DNA from: Vicugna vicugna
Lineage: Eukaryota
NCBI GenBank assembly: GCA_013265495.1
Contig: MU057865.1
Span: forward strand, 1,054,001-1,118,000
Direction of reading: 5' to 3'
DNA length: 64,000 bases
Shown here one piece after another: positions 13,448 to 26,469 of the stretch (the stretch's first letter is position 1; every line of letters starts with the position of its first letter). The notes beneath the pieces were generated by a model. The model made no database searches, had not been told where the DNA came from, and was given only the letters and a program-made list of their open reading frames with translations. A program made the position numbers and the translations under genes.

Positions 13448-15453
13448 TAAGAAATTCACTTGTTCCAACAAAATGCCTTGGAAAATGTTTGCGAGGACAG
13501 TTTTGCTATGACAAATCTGAATGAATTCATCATTTACCTATTTAACAATATACTATTGAATTTTAATATGATAAGACAACAAAAATAGGTTTTCTAATCT
13601 GCAGTATTCACTTTTTTGTTTGTTTGTATTTTGTTTTGCCAGGGGACAGAGTGGTGTAAAGTAACAGTGACGTAATTCTGTTTGTCATTTGACATATTCT
13701 GTTCTTCATTTGTTGATTAATTTTTAGGAAAAAATTATCTTTGTCTTCAATATTTGGAAAAAAAATGGTCAATGATTCTGTAATATAGTACTGCCAACAG
13801 TTATTTCTATGTTTATTTTTTAATTTGGAGAGTTTAAGCTGATTAGATGCTGAGCGACTTTACAAATTCTGGCCTCCAATTTTTCCTACAGTGTAAAATG
13901 TGAATAAAAGCCTCCTTCTGGGAGACATCCATATGGTTCTTTCTCTCAAACATGTTTTGATGTTACCTTGTCTTTATTAAGAAAGGTTTTCTTCTTCTTC
14001 TCTCTAGTGTAGGTTTATTTGGCTTTAACCAATTAACCAACCATTCAAACACCACCTCATCATTTTTATGAGTTCCTTGATTACCACACTTATGACATCT
14101 TGCTCAAAATTTTCAAAAACAAGCCCCTTTATTTTCTTGCAATTTTTTTTCATATTGGAATATTTGAGAATAAAACATGAAACAGGGAGAAAAACATTCT
14201 CTGCACCTTAAATGATCATTTGTGTATCCATAAAGGCAAGGGTGGAGATAAAGGAGCAAAATCATGTGTATCTATTTGCACAGATTAGATGAATAGGATA
14301 ACATGATAAAACTGTTCAGAGAGTGTGAATGATGAGTGTGGACAGTGCTAGTCGGAGAATGTTGAAAAGAAAACCCAAGTGAAAGGTGTCCTTTGGAAAC
14401 CTATTGGCAGGTAGGGTTTTGTCCCTACTTTCTGCCCTGGTATGTGATGAAGTGAACACTTACAGACAAAGGAGCAGGGCTGGTGGAGGAAAGAAACAGA
14501 AGAGGAGAAACGGGGCTGTGCCATGGGTCTTTGTGTCTCCACTATCCAATCATTATCAGGTCCAAGGTCATTGCTGTGAGGCCATCAGATAAGACTTTAG
14601 AGACTGAACTCTAAATAAATTGCCATGGTACAGATGCAGATAGGGTTTCAGTACTTAGAATAGCATCCAAAGAGAATGCAGATGACTCATCCAGTAGCTT
14701 TACTGATACCCATCAGGGAAAGGAAGCAACAGGCTGCAAAGAGCAGAAAAAGACATAAGGTGAAGAGCAGAACAAAGGATGACTGCACAGATCTAATTCA
14801 GAAGCAGAATTGAGTGTCATCTACTAAATATACTACAAACCTATATAAGACTTCAAATATTTTTGAACTAGGTTCCTTTAGGGGTTAAACTTCTTGGCTT
14901 TGTGTAAAACTTGGCTACGTGCACTGACATTGCAAATGGATTTATCTCTGTCATTATCTTTATTTGAACTCACTCATTCTTTCCTTCTCACCATACTCCC
15001 CGTTTTGCCAAGAAAATTCACTTTCAATTACACGTATATCATAACACTTAAACATTAGTTTCACTTGCCTCTGGTTAATAACTCACCGTATATTCAAACA
15101 TCCATCAACATAAAATCAGCATAACATCTTTTATGAATCCCTTTATCATCAGCATATTCTAAATGCTTATACAATTCACTCTCTGGATTCATATAGAAAC
15201 TTGCTTAATGGCCCTTAAAGTTACCATAAACCTTGGTTGCTTTCAATCATAGGAATATTATTCATGTTTTCAGAGTGAGCACAGTTTTTGTAATTGTTAA
15301 AGTTTAAAACCACTAGGGTATGGAAGCAGTTATCCCTATAATCCAAAAAAAATTTTTTTCAAATGGTTGTAGAATCTCTAGAATTTTCCGGTGCCTTCCA
15401 TCTATTAATAACTCTTCACATGCATCTTGATATAGGTTTGAATCTGGAGACAA

Positions 15454-15491
15454 GTGTGTGTATATATATATATATATTATATATATATATA
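15454..15491. repeat. (TG)n(TA)n compound microsatellite
   Basis: direct reading. Confidence 0.85.
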
Positions 15492-16544
15492 ATGAGAATT
15501 TTCAGTGGGGGAAAGTTCAGAACATCTCCATTTCTGGTTTGGTGGGATAGTGGAGCATGTGGCTCTGTTCTGACTTGAGGTTAACTCAGAGCTGACTGCG
15601 GAACCCTACTCCAGTTGCTTCACGGTGGAACAATCATTGTCAAGTGAATGGCATTACTAAGCACTGAACTGGTTTTCAGGCAGCCAGTCAGCGCCAAACA
15701 GGCAGTAAGGGTTGACAAAAGGACATGAAAAGGGGAAACTCAAAGATGTCTGACAGCATATTTTTCTTCCTTCATTTATACCCGAGGTCATTCTTGAATG
15801 ATGCTAGCTGTCTTTCTTGAGTTGTAGCAAGGATGTATGTGGAAACAGTGTAAGCTATTTAAGAATAATTACATTCCTTGAAAAATGGCAATAAATGTGA
15901 CAACAAAAGATAGATAATGAATTTTAGATGTCATAAATTTTCTGTTTGCCACTAGCATTTGACTTTATCTAGATATTCAAAGAGTAAGGAATAATTTACC
16001 AGAGTCTGATGCCTATAATCAAGTTGTAATGTTTCATATTAAGCTCAGTCCATGTCTTCAAGATGACATGTAGAAATTGTAGGGGAAGGAACAGAGCACC
16101 ACATAAGAAGGTCACATGTCTTCCTCCATTCTTTCAACATAAACTTGTGAAATAACCATTACTATGGCCACTGTGTGCATAACATACTTGGATTAACTAC
16201 TGTAAGAAAGTTAAGAGAAGTTGAGGTCAAGGTCCTCATCTTTGAAATCTTAGTTTAGCAAAACAACTTTTAAACTAGGTATTATCCTAGTGAAATAGAT
16301 CTACTGCATTGACGCAAACCAGTGTGATGACCTTGGGCTAGTCGCCACTCAAGTCTGATTTCAAGTTTTCTGTCTCTAAGTTTCCTCCCATACCTAATTT
16401 TGATGTTTATATGCTTTTATATCCTGATAATAGAGTGTCATGTGCAAATGCTGTACTAGTTTCTGGATATAGAGGAAGATACTTAAGATACTTGACTTTT
16501 ATTTAGGAAGACAGGACACATGATTTTCTTTTATTGTTTTTAAT

Positions 16545-16701
16545 GTGCTTAGTTCTCTTTTTTCTTTTCCTTTCTTTCTTTCTTTTTCCTTTTCTTTTCT
16601 TTCTTCTTCGTTTTTTTTTTTAATGTATAGAAACTGATATTCTTTGCCCCAGGAAGGGTTGTGTGAGTAATCAGATTTTCTTTTTCTTTTTTTTTTTTTT
16701 T
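16545..16701. repeat. T/C-rich low-complexity tracts
   Basis: (TTTC)n-like run and poly-T runs. Confidence 0.75.
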
Positions 16702-18449
16702 ACCATGAAATGGGTAGGATTCCAACGTTTAAAGATTATATTTTATCAGAAAAGTTTGTAACTCCATCAGGGTTGCCACTCTCTGAGATTCATGGTAAAT
16801 GCAACTGCCCCTACAAAGAAGGTGAATCATTTTGCCTAAAGAGCTTCATCTTCCTAAAGGTGTTCCAGAAATGAGGATTTTTGATACCTAATGCCCAAGA
16901 CTTGAAGGAGACCTAGCCACCAGGCAAGGTGACCTTCCCCAAAGTTAGCAGAAGGAGAAGACAACAAATCTCTTGTATCAATTGCCCTGAAAAGTCAAGA
17001 AGTTACTCCTAGACCTATGCTTAAGATACAGGTGTAGGAGGCACTGGAAGGAGAGTTGTTTCCAGTTGGGCAAGTGGCCAAGATGGTAAGTTTTATCTCC
17101 CAGCCTGTCCCTTTGTCCCTCCAAAATACACGTAGAAAAGCATAATCCATTATTTTGTGATTGTCTTGTAACAGAATAGAATGTGGGTACACACGCGCAT
17201 GTGATACCCAGGGAGTCCAAACGTGGTGTTTTGTTGATGGAATTTAGTTTGAAGGAAAAGGATCCTATTCTTCAAGGAATCCCATTGCCTACACAAGAAT
17301 CTCAGCCAGTCGGGGAGACACTGCTGCAAGACCCGGCTGTGAAGGGCCACTCTTGAACAGTCACATCATGTGACAATGGGAAGCAATGCTGGAGGTGGTC
17401 TTGGTCGACTGAGTCCCTCCTCCCCCTCCAGGCTTGGGTTATGGGGAATGCAGGGTGGCCGAGACGCGAGAAGGTTTCTTTTCTATTAGGAAATTTTCTA
17501 TGAGGAATTTCTATTAGGAACACTTGAGGGAAATAAAATCTTAATTAGAAATACTAAAGTGCTTGAACTATATTTGTGCTCCATATTCTAAAGCAGATCC
17601 TCGCAGTTATAAAATTGGATAACCAGATATTTAAAAATTCGAATAAATGAGCTGCCTTGAATTATTGTTCAAGAACTGAGTAGGATACAGACGCTGAGTT
17701 CTGAAGCTGCCCAGGGGAAGATCAGTTTTGTGCGAGCAGAAGGAAGAAGGTACCCTGATGAGAATGCAGTTTGAAATGAGTTGGTCTTTGAAAACCCAGA
17801 AGAGTTCAGAGAAACAGAAAAGATGTAGGGAAATAACACCAGTCAGAAGAATGACACAGAAAAAGGCACAAAGAAAAGAACGTATAAGAACATGTGTTTA
17901 AGGAATAATAAGAATACAGTAAAATACGAAATACAGTCAAATAAACACATAAAGTAAATATACAGAGAAGTAGTTTATGTATAATTGACAAAGGGGTAGA
18001 ACATAAAGAAATATATGGCAAAAATTGACCCCGCTAGCAACATCTCATCAAAATGAATATTTTATTCTACCCTTCTACTTTATTCTACACATGGCATATG
18101 ATGTTGTCATCAATGGGTTATGTTCAATATATATCATTTATATAGATAAAAATGTGCTAGATTGACATTACTCATATCACTTAACAAGCCCCACTTCCAC
18201 CATTTAAATGAAATAATGACTGTTGTTGATTTCAATAATTCAGAATCCAACAGACCCTATTCAAGCCATTACTTTTCATAGTTTCAAAGGCCATCGCTCA
18301 CCTTGTGTTCCATGTGTGCAATGCCCCTGGACTGAGCGCTGGACACTGCGTGTCAGTGGGTGGTGACCCTGACTGTGACGTTTCATTACATGTGTGCCTA
18401 TGAGTGTGTGGGAGGCCAAAGGGAGAGGTCTGGCATTTCTTGGGCAAAG

Positions 18450-18650
18450 CGTTTTTCTGGGCTTTTTACATATGTCATTCTATGTATTGTAACAAAATTC
18501 CTTATTGGGTAGATATTATGGCCTTCATTTAACAGATGAAACAATAAAAACTGAGATTTAGATCATCTCTTGGCCACAGGCACAACTCTGTGCTGGGTGA
18601 AAATGGGTTTCGGACCTAGATCCATCTTAATCCTTGATACCAAGATATTG
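18450..18650 (-). mobile_element. MIR SINE
   Basis: ttttacatatgtcattcta...gtagatattatggccttcatttaacagatgaaacaa matches the reverse MIR core. Confidence 0.6.
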
Positions 18651-19677
18651 AGTGTGCGTGTTTTCTCAGGAGCTGGGCTGCAATTATACACACAGTGTTA
18701 TTTTATGATATGAACAAGATTCCAAATGGTATAAAACAGAATGTGTCCTCAAAGAGCTTACCTAGAGGAAGCAGGGACAAGCAGATATGATATTTAAATT
18801 ACAGCATGAGAGACAAAAAGAAAAATAAATGAATGAACTTATGAAGGAATGAACCTTAGTGACACTATTATGAGAGACACTGTAGCATCATTTATTAATC
18901 TGTCCAATCACTCATTTCTTGCGTCTTATATTGTTGTGCCTCAGGTTGCTGTATCCAGATGAACAAGGCATTGCTTGAAGAATATTTTTTGCTGTTGCTT
19001 ATAATACAGAAGTCCAGTGTTCCCTACAACTTTTGCATGAGGACACTGAATTGAGGGGTGTAATCTCGTAGTGGAAGGGACACTGCAAAGTCCCTACCCT
19101 CCTATTTTATTCTTTATTGTTCTTGTTGCTTCTTTCCTGCAAACGTAACGTCCACATGGAGATCAGAGATAGTTGGTCCAGAGTTGGCTTGTAAATTGAA
19201 TGGTACACCAGCAATTTGTGCTTACAACAGTGCAGGTGTATCGAACACTGGATGCTTATTCCCGATCTTCAAGGAAAGAGATTGTGCTGTTACTCAGTTT
19301 TTAAATCTCCCTCACTTTTTACAGCCGTTACTAATAAATATTGCCTTGATACATAAATGAGTCGATTGCTTTTATGTAGTTGGTGAGGCTTTACTTCCAC
19401 ACCGCTGTCTTCTGATGCAGGTCGTTGGGTCAACCACTTACTTACTATGAGTTTTTGAAACAATGTCTATGTCACTGAACAGATTATGCAGCTGTGTATT
19501 ATTTTGCCATGTTCTCTACTTCATGAGTGTGCAACTGTCTCCTAATTAAAAAAGCAAGTTTTGTGGGGAGTTGAGTCTAAGTGATGAACAATCTTGTATC
19601 TTCTACCCCACAGAGACTTGTACGGTGATGGACATACCGGTAATAGTCACTGATTCTTTGTCTCTGTCTTTCTCCGT

Positions 19678-19699
19678 ACACACACACACACACACACAC
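19678..19699. repeat. (CA)n microsatellite
   Basis: direct reading. Confidence 0.9.
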
Positions 19700-19776
19700 G
19701 TACATTTGTACTTGTATATATTTTACCCAACTTGAACACAGAGATGGAGTTTTAACTCCATCATTTGATCATTTAC

Positions 19777-19794
19777 CTGACATCATCAGTGCTC
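19777..19794 (-). other. candidate 18-nt microexon GAGCACTGATGATGTCAG (host gene unknown)
   Basis: minus strand reads ctcat (branch-like), ttttcttccttccttc, tgc, tttaattcaaaag | 18 nt | gtaaat; open in two phases (xALMMSx or xSTDDVx). Confidence 0.35.
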
Positions 19795-20949
19795 CTTTTG
19801 AATTAAAGCAGAAGGAAGGAAGAAAATGAGCAATGCTCTTATTTCTGCAACTTCCCCAGAAACAATTCTCCTCAAACTCTTTGGAATTCTGGGTTTTCAT
19901 AAACTTGCCTTCAAGGCTTAACAGTCCTTTGATCCGAAGTCTCCCGAATATAACAGAGAAAACAAGCAATTCGGTGTGCAGGACTGCTGGCCTAAATGCG
20001 AATTCGAGCTTCGTGATGCAAAGAACACTGTATCTTTTTGCATTTCTCCCCGTCATCGTGTGCTAAAGTTGCCTTATCTGTTGAAACACTCATCCAATCA
20101 CCCTTGCAGTATGCATCTTTTTAAATATCCCCTGGCCTGAGACAGAGAAATATTGTAGTGATCGAATCTAGCGCTCCGGTTTCCTTCAATGCAAACTTTC
20201 GCTAACTTCAAAGAGAATTTTGCCAAATGAATGTTACGGTAATTATTCATTTCTCAGCCACACGCACTATTTCACCAAGACAGTACTTTTCCAAACTGAG
20301 GGGCAGTATTTCCATAGTTGCTTATAGAAAAATGGAATCGCTTCCTACAATGGGATTTTTATGTCGCTACGGTTCATTTGAGGTTGGCGTCAGCCACCTT
20401 GCTCTCAGAGTTGAGCTGATCTGAAAGAGTTCACCGAAGCTGGTGTTCTTACAAAAGAAAGAAAGAAATCTAAATGTGAGGTCTGATTATAGGGCAATCA
20501 AGAATGAAATATACAGCCGCGACATGAATACTGAAATCTATTTTTATCAAGGTGAGCTTACTAAACACATATCTAATTTGACTTTGAGATGCCATATTTC
20601 TCAAAACTAATTGTCTTAAAACATCCTTATCTGACCAGATAATAATCACCCCTGCTATAAAATTTGTCACTCCTGGTGATAGAGGCTTATTAAAACGAAG
20701 TAATGATATAGATAATGATACTGGAAAAGGAAAGGGTTACAGGAAATTTTCCTGCTGTGCACCTGTGTCTTGATGTCCAGGAACATGGTTCACTGGGGAA
20801 GGCTGTATGTCTTTGTTTACTCCTCCAGTTTTTAGGATGAAAACCCTAAATTCTCTACTGCATCATTTCTCTGCCACGGTCATTAATGAGCACTCCACTG
20901 ATTACTAACTTTTATCTGTATTAATACACTGACTCTTCATTTAGATTGA

Positions 20950-21115
20950 AAAGACTTTGGACTTTGGAATCAGAGTTTGGGTAACTGAGTGTCCTGGTGC
21001 AAGTCTCCTGCCCTCATTGTTAAGTCTTCATAAAACAGGATTCTTGTGGGGATGAAATAAAAATATATAAAATCTTTGCAGTGTCTAGTTTATGATAAAT
21101 ATTGAAATAAATGCT
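20950..21115 (+). mobile_element. MIR SINE
   Basis: ggactttggaatcagag...cataaaacaggattcttgtggggatgaaataa. Confidence 0.55.
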
Positions 21116-21205
21116 TTATTCTCTTCCTTTTTTTTTTTAAACTTTTAACTCCCTAGGTGGTTAGTTGGGTGGTTGTGTAGCAGAGATTAAAAGCAGACCG
21201 GGTTC

Positions 21206-21651
21206 CTGAAATGGCTACAAACTGTATGATTGCAACCAAATGACATTCTGGAAAAGGCACAGCCACAGACACAATAAAAATATTGTGGTTTCCTGGGATT
21301 TGGGGAGACAGAGGGAGGGATGGATGAATGATGGAGCACAAGGAATTTTTAGGGTGATGAAATTACTCTGTATGACACAATAGCAGTGGCTACATGTCAT
21401 TATGCATTTGTCAAAGCCCATAGAATGTACAACATCAAGAGTGAACCCTAATGTAAACTATGGACTTTGGGTGATAATAATGTGCCCATGTCGGTTCATC
21501 GATTGTACCACGTACGCCACACTCATGAGGGATGCTGAGGGTAGGGGAGTACGTATGTGTGGGTGGGGAGGGCTATGCGGGAACTCTGTATTTTCTGCTG
21601 AACTCTGCTGTGAATCTGAAACTTTTCTAAAAAAATAAAGTCCATTAAAAC
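21206..21651 (+). mobile_element. L1MC1-like 3' end, copy 1, inserted into a MIR
   Basis: aagagtgaaccctaatgtaaactatggactttgggtgataat is an L1MC1-type 3'UTR; 16-bp TSD aaagcagaccgggttc (21190-21205)/aaagcagactgggttc (21652-21667). Confidence 0.9.
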
Positions 21652-21860
21652 AAAGCAGACTGGGTTCAATCCCAGTTTCTACCAGTAATTAACTCTAAGC
21701 CTGTGGGCTTCACAATTCCGAGCTTCAGTTTTTCCATCTATAATGGGGGACCATAAGACTTTCTATCTTATACGGTTCTCATGAAAAGCCCGTGAGGTAA
21801 CACGTGTTAAATTCTGCCAGTGTTTGCTGGCACATGGCACGTACCACAGAAATGCTTACT
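21652..21860 (+). mobile_element. MIR SINE (interrupted by the L1)
   Basis: cagactgggttcaatcccag...gagcttcagtttttccatctataatgggg. Confidence 0.75.
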
Positions 21861-22498
21861 ATTTAGGAGAATAATTACGTGCCCTGGGACCCCATGCTCA
21901 GAGTTTGTGGCTGTTGGGAACAGGAGAGTGACCATGCACTCATGCCCCATAAGTCACGAAGGAAACTTCAGGAGCTGAATAGAGCCAGGCTCCTGAACCA
22001 GGAAAGGCAAAGTATATTAGTCACCTCTTTTTGCAAATGAGTTAAAAATTCAAGATTTCACAGATGTAGACAATTGGCCTTATGGAAAGGTTGATGGGAG
22101 TGCAGACAGGAAGACTCGGATATTTTCTGATTATTGTAAAGGGTTTGTATTGAAGATAAGCTCCCATTCAGATAAAACCTTCCACTGAGTTGTTCTGTTC
22201 TTAGGAAAACTGGGCTACATCCAGCCTAAAAGTCCAGGTGAAGAAACCAGACCTCAAAAAGGAACAAGCTTAATCTGTGACAATAAGACTTGAGCAGAAT
22301 ATGCCCCAAATACGTTTTTGGGTACATGGAATATTAAATCAAGGGCAAAATAGGATCTCTAGAGTCCAGACTCAGATACACCATGCTGAATTTAAAAATA
22401 CAAGCAAATACTTCATAATTTGGGACTATGAGTTAGATGAAACTAAAGTTGCCTTGAGATCCAGCAAACACACATACGTGTGTGTTGCGTGTGCACGA

Positions 22499-22524
22499 AC
22501 ACACACACACACACACACACACAC
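22499..22524. repeat. (CA)n microsatellite
   Basis: direct reading. Confidence 0.9.
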
Positions 22525-23713
22525 AAGTACTAGAACAGAAGGTCTGGAGTCAGCTACCAAACTGCCCAACTTGCTTTATCTAGTGTAATGTTAAAAAGAA
22601 CCTGAAATGGATATTCTTTAAAGGATGTTCACCGTGGGAATGTGGGAGATGCGGAGTATTTAATACGCAAGAGTGAAAAGAGATGTGAAATGGGGTGACG
22701 TGAGGATTCAGGTCAAAGTCAAATTAGTCCACCCCTCTTTGCCTTATCTTCCGCTGTAAGAAAACAGAGGTCATCTTTCCCTTCTGCCCCTCTACCAAGG
22801 ACTTCTAGATAGATTATGTATTGAGTGTACCATCAGTGATCACGTGGGATCCTCTCCGCAATGCTCAATGTTTACATTTCCATGGGAGACTCTTAAGGAA
22901 AGGGCAACAGTTTAAAACACAAAAGAATCCCCTTGTCGTGGTGCACTTGGAAGCAGAGCATCCCCATTCGGGAGAAAGGTGGTCCTTTTGGTCACATTCA
23001 CCCTGCCTTCCCATAAAGACCAGTTCCAACCGCGGCCACATTTCCTCCACTCTCCCAGATGCCCATGTGCTTAGGAGAAGAACATTTAGGTCACTTCAGC
23101 CTTGGAACATTAAAACAAATGCTGATGGTTCAAGGTTAATAGATGCATAAAACAAAAGTAATTCCGTGTCAAAGCTGAGATGACAGGCGATTTGACTTGA
23201 GGCAGCCTTACAATCACTCTTTCACACGTGCGCCATGCTGAGACCAGGCAGAGGCGTGACGTTCCTGACATTTCCTTGTCAGGAAGATATGACAATAGAG
23301 ATTGTTTCCATCTCTGCCGCTCCCAGTTGTTAACCTTCCAGCTTTAGTTTGTAACTGGGGTTCTGTGGAGCTTTCACATTTTCTATTGATTCAGTAGAAG
23401 CGGTAACATTTCCAATCATAAGACAGCATTATAGAAATACCAGGCAATTCACACATCAGAATGTTTGATAGCTGGGCTCACCGCATTAATTTCTGTCACC
23501 TTTGCCAGGAACCCTTTATCCTCGTTTTAATACTGAAGGACACCTGGGAGTAGTTGCTGCCACTTTTATTGTTCAATAAAGTAGACAAAAGTTTCAATTA
23601 GCAACCAAGAGGCCTCTAGGAAATTGTGAATGAGAATATATTTTACTCATTTTACTATATTTCTTTTTTCTAATGTGCCATCTGTGACTTGGAGGCTGTA
23701 CCTCACTCAAAAG

Positions 23714-23756
23714 ACACTCACACACACTCACACACACACACACACACACACACACA
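23714..23756. repeat. interrupted (CA)n microsatellite
   Basis: direct reading. Confidence 0.9.
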
Positions 23757-25464
23757 GTCCTCCCATTCCTATCTACATTAAACTAAAACATTCAGCCGAG
23801 GAAAGCCAAGGTGGGGCCAAGGAGGATGTGGAGAGAAATTGGAAGTAAGTGAAAAAAAGTTCAGGCAAGGGCAACCAGAGAGATGAAGACCCCCAGGTTG
23901 GCAGGACTGTGGGGCAAGAGGCTTCTGAACTCTGTGTCCTTGTCCTTGACCCTGAGACTAAAGTACCCAAGAACCTCTTCCACTGTGTAACTGGTACCTT
24001 CTTCAAAAAGAAAAAAAAATCCTGTGCCATTTATTTGCTTAGACTCTCATATAGATTTGTATTATGGGTTTTTAAAAAATTTATGAACTGCATTTTGAAA
24101 GTAGCCAACAGACAAGAAAAAACCCTGAGATTTATAAAGTGAAATTAAACATGTGACAGTATTATAATTTTTCAGGTTGCCCTGTTTCAGCTCATTTCAA
24201 CACAACCTTTGCACCTTTCTGTGAAGAGACTCTTGCACATTTCCACAGAGGCCATGCACATTTTGATCCTACACTTTCACTTGTTACATTCCTTTTAATT
24301 TTAACCAATTCTAAACAAGCACTGTCATTTGACTGCCATGTCCACCTGTCCGTCAGTATCTGCACATGGATACACTCCAGCCTGCCTCCTTGATGAAACA
24401 TTTCCTGACCCTCCCTTCCATCTTCATATCTTGGACTAGGAATGATTCTTAATTTTTGGAAGACAAAGACCCCTCTGTGAGTCTGATAAATTTTTTCTCA
24501 TCAAATTATACATTTGGTTATATGATTTAATATATTTTATTGCTGACTTCAAGATAAAGACTGCTAGACAAAAAGCATACATTGACATATTTACATATAG
24601 GTTCAATATATGATTTATTATAGTCATTAATATATCAACTGTATGTATTGAGATATATTAATGATGGCTGTTGATATCTTTATTTTCTCTCACAGATCAA
24701 TGCTATATAACTTTTTGATGCCAATGTCCTTTTTACTGTAATTATTACCTAATACATTAACAAAATGTTAAGTAAAAAGGAATAGACATAACCCATTAGC
24801 ATCATTTGAGAAACTTCTATCCTTAACCAGTTAATCAGCCTCATTTTAATATAGTTTCCCAAATAATAACTGGTAGAAACAAATTTCCTCCCCATTTAAT
24901 TTATATCTTTATATTTTGTTCTTAAATTTAACGAGGGAGACATTGTCCGATGTCTTATGGAAATCTAGACTTGTTCCATCTACTGCCAAGGAAACGAGGC
25001 TGTTAGGACAAAACTTGTGTTTCGTAAATGCTCAGGAGGTCCTTCTTCTATGGCTGCCTTTTCTTAGGCACCTTCAAGCCAGACCTTTAATAATTATTCT
25101 AGAAATGTGTCTGGAAGTTAGATTATTCTTACTGATCTCTAGTTTGTAATAACTTCTTTGATCCTGCCTTTGAAAATGGTCATGACATTTTTTCATCTCC
25201 TATTTTTTTGTATGAATGAATAAAGCCATGCCTAAGAGAAAGTAAAATAATAATGCCGTTGCCCTTGGAGAGGAAGGATTTGATATCCTCATCAAGACAC
25301 AGAGATGAGCTTTGACAGTGAACAGACGTTAGAATTGTAGCAAAGGAAATGGAACACAGTTTCTACTTTGTCAGATTTACTGATGAACTCCCTGTTTTGC
25401 CCTACTCACTGTGCTGGTGAAGATGCTGTACATGGATCTTAAGTTCTTTGTAACGTCTCGCCTC

Positions 25465-25623
25465 CTCTAGATGTGGTCAATGGGCCAGTGTCATCGACAG
25501 GACATGGGAGCAGGTTAGAAATACAGACTCTTGAGTCCCATTCTAGAAATCCTGAATCAGAGTTTCGATTTTTATCAAGATCCCCTCCAAATTCACATCC
25601 ACATTAAAGTTTGGGAAGCACTA
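25465..25623. mobile_element. MER5-type hAT-Charlie non-autonomous DNA transposon
   Basis: tgggagcaggttagaaatacagactc...ctgaatcaga...aagatcccc...cacattaaagtttgggaagcact. Confidence 0.75.
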
Positions 25624-26469
25624 ATGTAGATGGTCTCACTGTCTTCAAACTTGTTACTTTCACTCTAAATATCCTTGCAACCAATTACCTTCCTGATCTA
25701 TGTCTCATCTGACCAACAAAATTGCCTACATTGTTTAACATGTTCCATATATTGTCCAAACAATCTTCCACAAGAACAAGTCAGTCTCTCCGATAGAATC
25801 TTTACCCCATAATTACATTGATCTTGGCCTCCCAGAAAAGGTCTTCTAACCTCAGGTAACTGCCATGAGTTAAAGACCTGGTTGTTCTTTTGAACTGCTT
25901 GACCAGTTTTCCATGAGACAATTTCTTCTTCAAAGGCTGGTTGTACCAATTTAGCCACTTAGAAATCCAGGGGGAATACATCTTTAGGTTAAACCACATA
26001 TGAAAAAATACGAATCAGTGTGGTCAATGTTTTGGAATTATGCTAACGGCAGATTATCTTGCCATTGTAAATTGAGAGCGCTCCAAAGATCTTAACAGCA
26101 AGCTAATTCTTGACAATGTTTTGCACAAAGTTCTGTGCTCCATAAATGCTTATGGAAATAGTTACAAAACTTGGAGGAATTTGGGGATGTAGCAACACAG
26201 ATAAGCCACAGCTTTTCAGATGGAAATACTGTGTGTGGTCTTATTTCATTCAATAGCAGTTCTGTAGACAAGGGCTCTTTTTCTTTATGGTCCATTCAGC
26301 TGACCTCTTCCGCATCCACCAAGGAGAGTGCTTCTCTATCTCAGAGACTCTGTCATGCAGGAGACAGACATTCCCCTCCATCACACTGTAGAAGCCAGAC
26401 ACCATTTTTTTTTTTGAAACCAAACAAATATGCAATTTGTCAGTCTGCAGATAGAGTGTTTCTGCCTTC

